From Pyrobaculum aerophilum str. IM2 (lineage in GTDB: Archaea; Thermoproteota; Thermoprotei; Thermoproteales; Thermoproteaceae): a stretch of DNA of 32,000 nucleotides. Every line of letters begins with the position of its first letter. Positions within the stretch are counted from its first letter, which is position 1. Below the pieces are notes generated by a model. The model did not search any database, was not told the DNA's origin, and saw only the letters and a program-made list of their open reading frames with translations. Shown piece after piece: positions 8,760-16,522 of this stretch. A program made the position numbers and the translations under genes. The stretch covers positions 270,001 through 302,000 of the forward strand of contig NC_003364.1 in the NCBI RefSeq assembly GCF_000007225.1. Direction: 5' to 3'.

Positions 8760-9388
8760 AGCTTCTCTCCCAGCAGGCGCTTTAAAATATTTTCATAGTC
8801 AACTCGCTTTTCTTCAGCCTTCTTGTCCTCCGGCTTGGCTTTGAGGTGAGAGAGCAATGCTGCATAATATGCGACTATGTCGCTAAGCGATACAAAGTAG
8901 TTTTTCCCTAATACGATCTTTACGCCTATTTTCTCCCTGATCTCCTGTAGATACGCCTCCTCTCTGCGATCTGGCTGATCTACGAGCAACAGGTCAATTT
9001 TGTAGTCTTTCAACACTTCAGTTATTCGGTACGCCGTGGGCGATATTACGGCACATGCCTTTTCCACAGCGGTGATCTTAATTGCTGAGAGAAACTCTTG
9101 CAAAACAACTCTATGTTCGCGTAGATGTACGCCATAGAAAGCCAGCCTTAAGGCGGAGCCGAGATGGCGCCTCCTCTTCAATAGGGATGTTGCGGCTTTA
9201 TGGCTGGCAAGCGATAGGTAGGCGCTCTGGCGAATAAACCTCCCGCCAAATATAACGACTCCAGCGCCTGAGCCTTGTTGAAAATATGAGAAATCTAACG
9301 ACGCAACGTAGCGAGTTGGCGCAGTCTCCATATGCCGGGCAATAGCCGTTCTCTCTGATCCCGCTGACTGCGAAATTCGCATATGCAC
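8747..9388 (-). CDS. Hypothetical protein, possible RNase H-like fold (operon gene 1)
   Basis: 213-aa ORF (GTG 9388; an alternative ATG lies at 9382). YVASLDFSYFQQGSGAGVVIFGGRFIRQSAY resembles the strand(Asp)-turn-strand-turn-strand opening of RuvC/RNase H-like folds. A later acidic strand reads LLLVDQPDRREE. No family was recognised with confidence. Confidence 0.7.
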   Translation of the reverse strand: MHMRISQSAGSERTAIARHMETAPTRYVASLDFSYFQQGSGAGVVIFGGRFIRQSAYLSLASHKAATSLLKRRRHLGSALRLAFYGVHLREHRVVLQEFLSAIKITAVEKACAVISPTAYRITEVLKDYKIDLLLVDQPDRREEAYLQEIREKIGVKIVLGKNYFVSLSDIVAYYAALLSHLKAKPEDKKAEEKRVDYENILKRLLGEKLCVI

Positions 9389-9409
9389 GTTTTAACCCCT
9401 TAAGACCGC

Positions 9410-9420
9410 GTTTTTAAAGC
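9410..9420 (-). promoter_or_regulatory. TATA box for the three-gene operon
   Basis: The minus strand reads gctttaaaaac about 26 nt upstream of GTG 9388, inside the 45-nt gap after the Arch_ATPase gene. Confidence 0.45.
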
Positions 9421-9433
9421 GCTGGCGCATTCG

Positions 9434-10438
9434 CTAAGCGCCCTCCAGCGCTATCCTCACCGCCTCTCTGTGAAGCGGCGTCTGCCAGGCGACGCGCTTG
9501 CCAATGCCCAGCTCTGCGTCTCTCTCGGGCGGGGGCTCCCCGGCCCAGAAGCGGGAATCTCTGACAAACATGTTGTATACAATTAGATTTTTCTCAATTA
9601 ACTCGTCTATTAGCTCTCTCGGCGCGTCGGGACTCCAAAGCGCGTCGGGATCCTCCACCGCCTTTGCGAGCCAAGTGCGCCACCTCTGGACGTATTCCGG
9701 CGTCAGCTCTTTGCGCCTAACTAGCTCTTCAACGACTTCGTTGATGTCCCATCGTGATCTGTACAACTCGGCGAGAAGGCCGGGGTTTCCGCCAGTCGCT
9801 CGCCACGCCTCTTCAAAGGGCGGCTTTTCGCCCGGTATCTGCTCGTACAGCTGTTTAAAGCCCTCCTTTGGCATATTCCACATTGGCCTGTGATTTGCCC
9901 ACCGGTGCCGCCCGATCTCCCTCCTCGTAACCCCCTCGCTAGTCGCTACCACTACTACTATGGCATCTACGCTTCTGGGCGGGTATTCAATAATTCCAAG
10001 AAGCGCCTTGACATAAGAGGCCGCCTCCCCCAGCCCTATTGCTTGAAAGACGTCGTCGGCCAAGATCGCTATTTTCCTTTTCCTCCGCCTTATCAGCTCG
10101 TCGGCAAGGTCGATGACAAGAGACGCCAGCTTAATCTTGGCCTCGCCCAGCGCCTCCGCGGCGGCATCCGCCAGTCTCTTCACAACCTCTTTAACATCAG
10201 TATACGCCTCGAAATACTTACGCAGAGGGTCGACGTAAATGACGTGGAATTCCAGCTCCTTGAGCAACACTGCGCTTTGTCTCAGCCAAGCCGTCTTGCC
10301 GCAACCCTCTGGCCCGAAGACGAGCTGGGGGAGGCGGGTGCTCTCCCTGGCCCACTCCTCTATTTTCTTAAGCGCCATCTCGCGGTCGGCGAATTGGACC
10401 TCTAAGCCTGGGGCGAATAACAGTTTTAACCGCTCCAC
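9434..10438 (-). CDS. Archaeal ATPase family protein (Arch_ATPase/PF01637-like)
   Basis: 334 aa. It has a Walker A GPEGCGKT and a Walker B IAILADDVFQ. The ATSEGVTRREIGRHRW block is shared with the remnant at 14660-15210. This is the typical Thermoproteales ATPase paralog architecture. Confidence 0.9.
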   Translation of the reverse strand: MERLKLLFAPGLEVQFADREMALKKIEEWARESTRLPQLVFGPEGCGKTAWLRQSAVLLKELEFHVIYVDPLRKYFEAYTDVKEVVKRLADAAAEALGEAKIKLASLVIDLADELIRRRKRKIAILADDVFQAIGLGEAASYVKALLGIIEYPPRSVDAIVVVVATSEGVTRREIGRHRWANHRPMWNMPKEGFKQLYEQIPGEKPPFEEAWRATGGNPGLLAELYRSRWDINEVVEELVRRKELTPEYVQRWRTWLAKAVEDPDALWSPDAPRELIDELIEKNLIVYNMFVRDSRFWAGEPPPERDAELGIGKRVAWQTPLHREAVRIALEGA

Positions 10439-10454
10439 GGCAGATACGATCTAC

Positions 10455-10464
10455 GCATATATAT
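10455..10464 (-). promoter_or_regulatory. TATA box for Arch_ATPase gene
   Basis: gcatatatat is centred about 22 nt upstream of GTG 10438. Confidence 0.45.
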
Positions 10465-11067
10465 CGCTTCCGAAACGTATCTCTTAGGACTTTTCGGCAA
10501 GCGTAGCGTATACGTTAGATGCGCGTTTGAGACATCTGTTAAAGCCAGAATTTGCCTATGCTCTGCGTAGCTGGGCACTCTTTAGTCTTTTAGCTTTTCT
10601 TTTGTATATCTCAATAGCGCTTTGGCTATATGTAAAGGTATTTTTATGCCTTCTCCCAGAGCTTTAGTAGACCTCTTCGGCGCTGGATAGGAGGCTTTTC
10701 CACTCGGCCGCGCTATTAAATACGCGAGCCTTAACTCTGTCTTCCTTACTGCAGACGGGATTGTAAATACCCGGCGAATTGTTACGCGCTTTCCTCCTCT
10801 AAAACAACTCGTCTGACCGCGCCCATTATCTCGTCGACAGCTTCATATGCTCGTCCTTAGTAATGGGAACATACGGTTTTGTAGGCGTTTTCTTAAAGGC
10901 TGGGCTCTGCACCTCCTATAACCCCGTCTCCTGTCAGTTTGCACAACGTCGTAACGCCACGAGTGTGAATTGTCAGCTTTAACAACGCACAGCTGGCGGC
11001 GTGCCCGGAGTTAAAAAGCCGTGAAAACAGCGCTGTGTCGCGTAAATCCCGTGCTCATTGAGGCGTG

Positions 11068-11526
11068 TTATAACACGATATCTGGCGTGAGGTACCAGGC
11101 GAGCTTCCAGCCAGCCTCTTCTTTTTCTAGTTTAACCACGCCTGAGTACCTAAATTTTACCACCTCCTTCTGGGGGTTTCCCGTCAGCAGTAGCGACGCC
11201 AGCCTAGACAAGTGGGGCAGGTGGCCGACTATAAAGAGATCCTCTGTGAGGGCCTCCGCCTTGGCCGCCCATATTGCCGGGTCGTCGTTTGGATTCAGCC
11301 CCTCCTCGGCGCGGATCTCGGCGCCTATATGCCTCGCGAATATTTCGGCGGTTTGCCTAGCCCTCGTCTTGCCGCTGTGAATTACTTTTCTCACCCTTAC
11401 GCCTATTTTCGCCAAATACTCGGCTATTTTCTCCGTCTCGTAAATCCCCTCTGGCGTCAGCCTCCTCTCGGGATCCTCCGCCTCTGTAAAAGCCCTGCCG
11501 TGTTGTGCGAGGTAAAGAGCCGGCAT
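11068..11526 (-). CDS. sixA: SixA-like phosphohistidine phosphatase (histidine phosphatase superfamily)
   Basis: MPALYLAQHGRAFTEAEDPERRLTPEG...HSGKTRARQT...IVGHLPHLSRL aligns to the E. coli SixA pattern (RHG, SPxxRAxQT, SHxP). The start is moved to ATG 11526 because a TATA box (11543-11554) lies inside the longer ORF-track extension to 11571. Confidence 0.8.
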   Translation of the reverse strand: MPALYLAQHGRAFTEAEDPERRLTPEGIYETEKIAEYLAKIGVRVRKVIHSGKTRARQTAEIFARHIGAEIRAEEGLNPNDDPAIWAAKAEALTEDLFIVGHLPHLSRLASLLLTGNPQKEVVKFRYSGVVKLEKEEAGWKLAWYLTPDIVL

Positions 11527-11542
11527 GTATATGTTAAAGAGG

Positions 11543-11554
11543 TATTTTAAAAAA
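11543..11554 (-). promoter_or_regulatory. TATA box for sixA-like gene
   Basis: The minus strand reads ttttttaaaata, centred about 22 nt upstream of ATG 11526. Confidence 0.45.
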
Positions 11555-11950
11555 GTATCTGACTCCTGCAAGGGCTTTGACGTATTGTTGCGCCGAGCGG
11601 AGTTGAGACAAATTAATTCTAGCCGTTAACCCATTTACCGCCAATCCGGCGCCCCGGATTAGAAATAAGCGCGAGTAAGAGGGAGTTTTTTAAGCCGCCT
11701 GGTCGCCTAGATATATCATTACTCGCCCTAAAGTGCCTTGAAGCCCCGGCTCTCCAGGAGTTGTTACTGCGCCTTAAACCCGTCTATTGTCAAAAACTGC
11801 GTTTTCAGGGCGCTCGCCGTTGCGTAGCCCAGGGCGTTAATGTCTATGCCCCTTACCTATGATCTCCTTATATAGGCGTTAGATGGCGTAATAACTGGGC
11901 TCCCTTGTCTCTACCTGCCCTTCTCCTGTCTCTTATTGTTGGCGTTAAGT

Positions 11951-11962
11951 TTTTAAAAAATA
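11951..11962 (+). promoter_or_regulatory. TATA box for second coiled-coil gene
   Basis: ttttaaaaaata is centred about 21 nt upstream of in-frame GTG 11977. The geometry matches the paralog (TATA 3947-3956, GTG 3975). Confidence 0.4.
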
Positions 11963-11976
11963 TGGCGTGCATTAAT

Positions 11977-12447
11977 GTGATATCTGTTTTGACTCAAGCA
12001 CTAGACAAGGTGATAGGGAACTCGTTGGATTACGTCGTGGAGAAGATCTCGAAGGGTGAGAGGTTAAAGGCTGAGGATATGCTTGTCGCAATGATGGCTT
12101 TGTTTAGAGAACAGTTGAGGAGAATTGATGAAATGAGCAAGCGGATTGACGTGACGAACAAACGTATCGACGATATGTATAAACGCTTCGATGAGACTAA
12201 CGCCCAGATGGATGAAATTGCCGCTGAGTTTAATAAAAGAATAGATGAGGTGAACAAAAGGATAGATGCGTTGACTGAACAACTTAACAAGCGGATTGAC
12301 GAGACTAATAGGCGTATTGATGCTGTTTTTCAAATAATAGGTGATGCGCAGAAAACACTTTTAGAGTTGCAGAAAATAATGCTTGACATACACAAGACTC
12401 TTCTTGATATACATGCAACGGTTATAACGGCATTGACTAAACAATAA
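11977..12447 (+). CDS. Coiled-coil KRID-repeat protein, shorter paralog of 3975-4706
   Basis: Shares SKGERLKAEDMLVAMMALFREQLRRI (compare KEGKRLSTEDIFLLYLATISRELDEI). It also shares KRIDxTNKRID repeats and the tail LLELQKIMLDIHKTLLDIH. From GTG 11977 the pre-repeat N-terminus has the same length (24 aa) as in the paralog. The ORF track extends to TTG 11905, and ATG 11962 is also possible. Confidence 0.8.
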   Translation: MISVLTQALDKVIGNSLDYVVEKISKGERLKAEDMLVAMMALFREQLRRIDEMSKRIDVTNKRIDDMYKRFDETNAQMDEIAAEFNKRIDEVNKRIDALTEQLNKRIDETNRRIDAVFQIIGDAQKTLLELQKIMLDIHKTLLDIHATVITALTKQ

Positions 12448-12998
12448 CAATCTAACGGCAATTATCCCTCAGATTAGGACTACGTGCCCGTCCTGCCACT
12501 TAGTGCTGGGGGAGTATCAGACACAACGATATGCGTCTAGGCGGCTTAATACGGCGACGCCACAGCGCTTGGGAGTAGGGATCATCTCTTGCAACAACCC
12601 CCTCGGCAGACATAAGTCCGTGGCCGGGCCCTCTGAAGTACGAAGCCCCCTGATAAGTCGCTCACCTTGAGGGAGTGACGTGCTCTTTACGCCGGCGTCC
12701 TTACGATCTCATCGCGGCGGCGAGGCGCGGAGGGCGAAATAAGTGGTGAGGCCAAAGCGGCTAGAGGGGATTCCCCAACGCCGCATGTCGGCGTCGAGAG
12801 GCGCCGCCGCCCGGGTTGCCACGCCCCGGTGCGCCGCCAACTAACAGCGGCTTTTTATTCGTAACTCCTATGCGTCAAGCGCTTGCGGCTTTTAAACGCC
12901 GGGTAATCCGCCTGGCGTTTCCCAGAAGCCACGGCGGAATAGCTGGAGAAGAGTTAGGCGCCTTTCTGACAGAGCCCCAGCGGCCAGAGGCCGCCGTG

Positions 12999-13562
12999 TC
13001 ACTGTCTTATCCATTTTCCCAACTCCTCTTTGAGCTCGCCGAGGGTTTTATCTAATTCGTCGCTCCACTTCACCCTCGGCTTAATGCGCTCGGCGTATTT
13101 AACAACGCCTCCCACTAGCTTGACCACGTCGTAAGCGGCCTCCACCCTACTGCTGTATTTTGACATGGCCATGTCGGGATCCGGGCCGTGGTATTGATAG
13201 TCGTGGAGATTTAATGATAGGGCTGTCCACAGAGACACGTCGTCGTAGCCAATTGCCTCGAGCATTTGGGAAAGCGCCTTTATTCTGCTTGTGGGCACTC
13301 TGGGCACAGCAGTTGTCTCGAGCCACTTCCTCTCCTCGTCGCTTTTCACAACGGCCTTCAGCCTATCCAGCTCCAGGCGTAGCAGAGCCGCCACCAACGC
13401 CCTCCAAGCCTGAAAGGCCTTGCCGGCGGCGTTTCTCACGAGGCCCTCTTTGAGAAATCGCAACGCCAATCCGCCCTCCGCGAGGGCCTCTAAAAGCCTA
13501 GCTGAGACATAGCCCTCATCCGAGGGCTTGGGGAGCGGCTTTTCTAACACTTCAACGTTCAT
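12999..13562 (-). CDS. PaREP1-family protein
   Basis: FLKEGLVRNAAGKAFQAWRALVAALL and LHDYQYHGPDPD match my recollection of the PaREP1 domain of Pyrobaculum. The start is moved to ATG 13562 (MNVEVLEK) because a TATA box (13581-13592) lies inside the longer ORF to 13610. Confidence 0.75.
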   Translation of the reverse strand: MNVEVLEKPLPKPSDEGYVSARLLEALAEGGLALRFLKEGLVRNAAGKAFQAWRALVAALLRLELDRLKAVVKSDEERKWLETTAVPRVPTSRIKALSQMLEAIGYDDVSLWTALSLNLHDYQYHGPDPDMAMSKYSSRVEAAYDVVKLVGGVVKYAERIKPRVKWSDELDKTLGELKEELGKWIRQ

Positions 13563-13580
13563 TGACAGTGGCGGCGCACC

Positions 13581-13592
13581 CCTATTAATACT
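13581..13592 (-). promoter_or_regulatory. TATA box for PaREP1-like gene
   Basis: The minus strand reads agtattaatagg, centred about 25 nt upstream of ATG 13562. Confidence 0.4.
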
Positions 13593-13866
13593 TTCAGTCA
13601 AGGGGCGCATTAATGCATAAGCCTAGGCGGCCAGTACAACAGACCGGCGGTTATGGAAGTGGGCAGAGCCCGAGGCTCCTCCGCGGGGCTGGCTTGAAGA
13701 GACGTAGATACGTGAGGCTATTCCAGTAAGGCGGGGCTTGACGTAGTTATAATAAACGGCGTAGTTACTGCCGTGGGCTGTGTACAAAAGCCTCTAGGAG
13801 GCCGTCAACACAGTTATTCTAACGCTGTGTATAAGCGGTGAAAATCCATGAAAGTTATGGCGGAGG

Positions 13867-13893
13867 GAATTGAAACGAAGAGGTCATTGAAAG
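13867..13893 (+). repeat. Solitary CRISPR-repeat-like sequence (degenerate)
   Basis: GAATTGAAACGAAGAGGTCATTGAAAG has a 5-prime GAAT, a central AAGAGG and a 3-prime ATTGAAAG. This is the block structure of crenarchaeal type I-A/III repeats, whose last 8 nt give the AUUGAAAG crRNA handle. There is no second copy at repeat-spacer distance. Confidence 0.3.
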
Positions 13894-14260
13894 GCCTCTT
13901 TAAATTACAATGCCACAGCACGTCCGCTGGGCTTATTCTTGTGACAGAGCGAGAGCAGAACTCTGCGCAATAGAAAGAGAGGGCTTTTCAGGGATTTAGC
14001 CTGGCGTGCCATGAAAGATTAGCCAATTAGTGTCATAGGTCTCAGCGCGCGGGGGAGCTGTAGACGCCTCGTAGTGCACGGCGTATACGGGCGGGATTCC
14101 CGCCTCTGGCTCCGCCGGATGGCGCCAGCTGGCTTGTCAAACCCCTAGCGTTGCCAACAGGACTTTGACGAAATGGCTGTGTGCTCTAGTCCACCCAGTT
14201 CCACTCCAACGGAGCTCCCCCTATTGAGATGTAAGGGGTTCTGAGCATAAACTGACGCGG

Positions 14261-14275
14261 TTAAAGCTAAAAAGG
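14261..14275 (+). promoter_or_regulatory. TATA-like box for retropepsin-like gene
   Basis: ttaaagctaaaaagg is centred about 25 nt upstream of GTG 14293. Confidence 0.35.
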
Positions 14276-14292
14276 GGGGCGGCTATTTTGAC

Positions 14293-14643
14293 GTGGGCCA
14301 TGTATTTGTTAAGGCTAAGTTTAGAGGGAAGGGGGAAGTCGTCTACGACGAAATTCTAGTGGATACAGGTGCTACCTTCACAGTGCTCCCCTTAGAGGTG
14401 GCTGATAAACTTATAGAGACTCCTTTTACTGTTGAATTAAAACTAGGCAACGGCGAAAAAGTCGTGGCAAAAGTCTATGTAGCCGAGGCGGAAATAGAGG
14501 GGAGGAGGGGGCCTGTCCGTATTGTGGCTTTTAAAGGGGCCATTCCCGTAATAGGCGTAGACACCCTAGAGACTCTCGGACTCCGCGTGAACCCGGTAAC
14601 TGGCAAGTTGGAGAAAACTGAATACTACATGCTCTATGTGTGA
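14293..14643 (+). CDS. Retropepsin-like clan AA aspartic protease (small archaeal type)
   Basis: 116 aa. The LVDTGATFTVLP active-site motif (DTGA) and C-terminal IPVIGVDTLETLGLRV are typical of single-domain retropepsin-like proteases that dimerise. Confidence 0.8.
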   Translation: MGHVFVKAKFRGKGEVVYDEILVDTGATFTVLPLEVADKLIETPFTVELKLGNGEKVVAKVYVAEAEIEGRRGPVRIVAFKGAIPVIGVDTLETLGLRVNPVTGKLEKTEYYMLYV

Positions 14644-14659
14644 CCACACCGCTCCCATC

Positions 14660-15210
14660 CTACTGGAGCCGCTTCAGAGCTAAAAGGCATCTAATAAGCC
14701 TTTCCTCATGGCCTCTCTGTAAGGCGACGTTTGCCAAGCTACCGCCCTCCCAATCTCCAGCGCCACGTCTTTTCAGCGGCGGCGGATCTGCCCGGCTCTC
14801 CACGGGGGTATATCTGGCGCTAAGTCGAAATCCACTATTTTGCAGTAGAGAGATGTCGTCTATCTCCTTTAACACGTCGGGATCTTCCAAGGCTCTTTAA
14901 TACTGTCTTTTCGCTGTTGTTTAGGAATAAGATCGTAGAGTCGCTTAAAGCCCTCCCTCGCCATATTCCACATTGGCTTTGGGCTAGCCCACCTGTGCCT
15001 TCCTATCTCCCTCCTGGTCACCCCCTCGCTTGTGGCCACAACCGCCACGATGTTTTCATAATCCCCCGGCGGGTATTCAATTACGCCAAGCATCCACTTC
15101 ACATAAGAGGCGGCTTTTCCAGCCCCATCGCTTGGAAGACTTCGTCGGCGAGAATGGCGATTTTTCTCCTTATGGCGTATTTGGCCTGCTGTATTGCCAA
15201 ATAGCCGTAT
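14660..15210 (-). pseudogene. Truncated, frameshifted Arch_ATPase paralog
   Basis: Minus-strand fragments in three frames: YLAIQQAKYAIRRKIAILADEVFQAMG, ASYVKWMLGVIEYPPGDYENIVAVVATSEGVTRREIGRHRWASPKPMWNMAREGFKRLY, and EDPDVLKEIDD...ADPPPLKRR...ALQRGHEERL. These align to residues about 105-334 of the 9434-10438 product. The Walker A part is missing and there is an internal deletion. Confidence 0.7.
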
Positions 15211-15424
15211 TCTCTTTACATACATCAACTTGTTACAAGCGCGTATGGACGCGCTTGAACTCACATCAAGAAATTTCCACGGCCGCTTTGTTTCAAATCT
15301 CACGGCCTCTCCTACCGCATTTTAAATGGGTAAAACTAAAGGCCTATGCCTTATGCGATCGAGGTGTTTTATGGGGGCTTAATCGCCAAAGGCGGGGCAC
15401 ATATGCTCCAGACACCACGGCGAA

Positions 15425-15437
15425 AAAGTATTATAAG
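15425..15437 (+). promoter_or_regulatory. TATA box
   Basis: aaagtattataag abuts ORF-track ATG 15440 and is centred 24 nt upstream of in-frame ATG 15455. This favours 15455 as the start. Confidence 0.45.
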
Positions 15438-15454
15438 AAATGCCAAGTCCTTTT

Positions 15455-16018
15455 ATGCGACCTGGGGCTATGATGAGGCTGCTAGAAGACGGCTCTTTCC
15501 TATACCTTAAAGGCGACGTGGAGGTTAAGTTGAGAATTAGATCGGTTGCCACCGGCGACGACGTAATCAAGGCGCGGACCGCCGGCGTCTCTGCCCTGGC
15601 CGCCAAGCTCTTCCTCCCCGAGGCAGTGGAGGCGGCTAAGAGGGAGGGAGTTGAATTAATAAATTTGGAAGACGTGGCAGAGTCCTTGGCGAGGGTTCTG
15701 GGCGATTTGTTAAGGCAGAGGCGGGCGGATCTCTTAGTTAGGTTTTTCCAGGAGCTCCTCCCGAGCGAAGTGACGCGTAGCTATTCGTATTACGAATACT
15801 CCAGTATTCTCACAGGCGGCGCCGTATCTTCAGTGAGCTTCAAAGTAGAAATAGAATTTAAAAAGTCGCTGGAGCTATTTGAAGACGTCTTGGAATTCAT
15901 CTCAGCCTTAGCCGCCAGGGCATCAGACCTCGGCATGGCAACCTCTCTCGACTCGAGAACGGACCCGAGGTATAAAGAGCGTAAAATTAGGCTGGAGATA
16001 AGCCTTAATCTATTATGA
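15455..16018 (+). CDS. Hypothetical protein with possible N-terminal PD-(D/E)xK (Mrr-like) nuclease core
   Basis: LEDGSFLYLKGDVEVKLR fits the D...(D/E)xK pattern. It is followed by AAKLFLPEAVEAAKREGVELINLEDV, like the C-terminal half of small restriction-endonuclease-fold domains. The C-terminal about 100 aa are unassigned. Confidence 0.6.
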   Translation: MRPGAMMRLLEDGSFLYLKGDVEVKLRIRSVATGDDVIKARTAGVSALAAKLFLPEAVEAAKREGVELINLEDVAESLARVLGDLLRQRRADLLVRFFQELLPSEVTRSYSYYEYSSILTGGAVSSVSFKVEIEFKKSLELFEDVLEFISALAARASDLGMATSLDSRTDPRYKERKIRLEISLNLL

Positions 16019-16522
16019 GCGCCCTTTGTAATAATCTGCACGCCGCGTTATCGCTATGCCCTCACAATAAACAGCTCAACTGACACAATCGCCGCACATT
16101 AGCGGCGGATTCCCTCTCTTTCCCAGGGGGACATATCCGTACGCCTCACTGTTTTGTGATTATTTTTATTGACGATAGCGGGTTGAAAAGGCCTTGTAAC
16201 TGCCTCTCTCTTAGCGCAATTGCATTTCCACAGAGGCGCGGCGTTTCGTACCTTGAGCTCGGCTACCACTGGAGAGAATAAGGCGTTTTTAAAAGTGAGT
16301 TAAAGTGGAGAGGTGTGAAGTGAAGGGGCCGGAACCGAATTAGTCTTATTAAACAAGCGGCTGAAATCAGACACATCGTGTTTCACTACAGAGGCCCAGA
16401 GGATGTTGCAAGGGGCGTAAGGCGGTTGCTAGAGGGGGCCACTTGTGGCGGTGGATAACCAGCTACTCCGGAGCGCGATTTTGTCTAACACAACGTACTG
16501 TACTTTATATGTGCAGATTATC

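Noticed and set aside
9498-10405. Antisense ORFs inside real genes. Examples: 9498-9893, 9890-10405, 7088-7354, 8278-8520, 11021-11380, 11212-11550, 12030-12333, 13160-13453, 18447-18884, 24819-25598, 26038-26601.
   Set aside because: Each lies opposite a gene with clear motifs. Their products are Ser/Arg/Pro/Leu-rich with no motifs, so they are shadow ORFs.
12716-12811. GC-rich inverted repeat as a structured RNA or terminator (ggcggcg…cgccgcc)
   Set aside because: The complementary arms extend only about 7 bp in a GC-rich background and are separated by about 80 nt, which is within chance expectation.
13800-14050. Full CRISPR array
   Set aside because: There is only one convincing repeat-like unit. 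The other GAAAG-ending matches are short and irregularly spaced, so no array is called.
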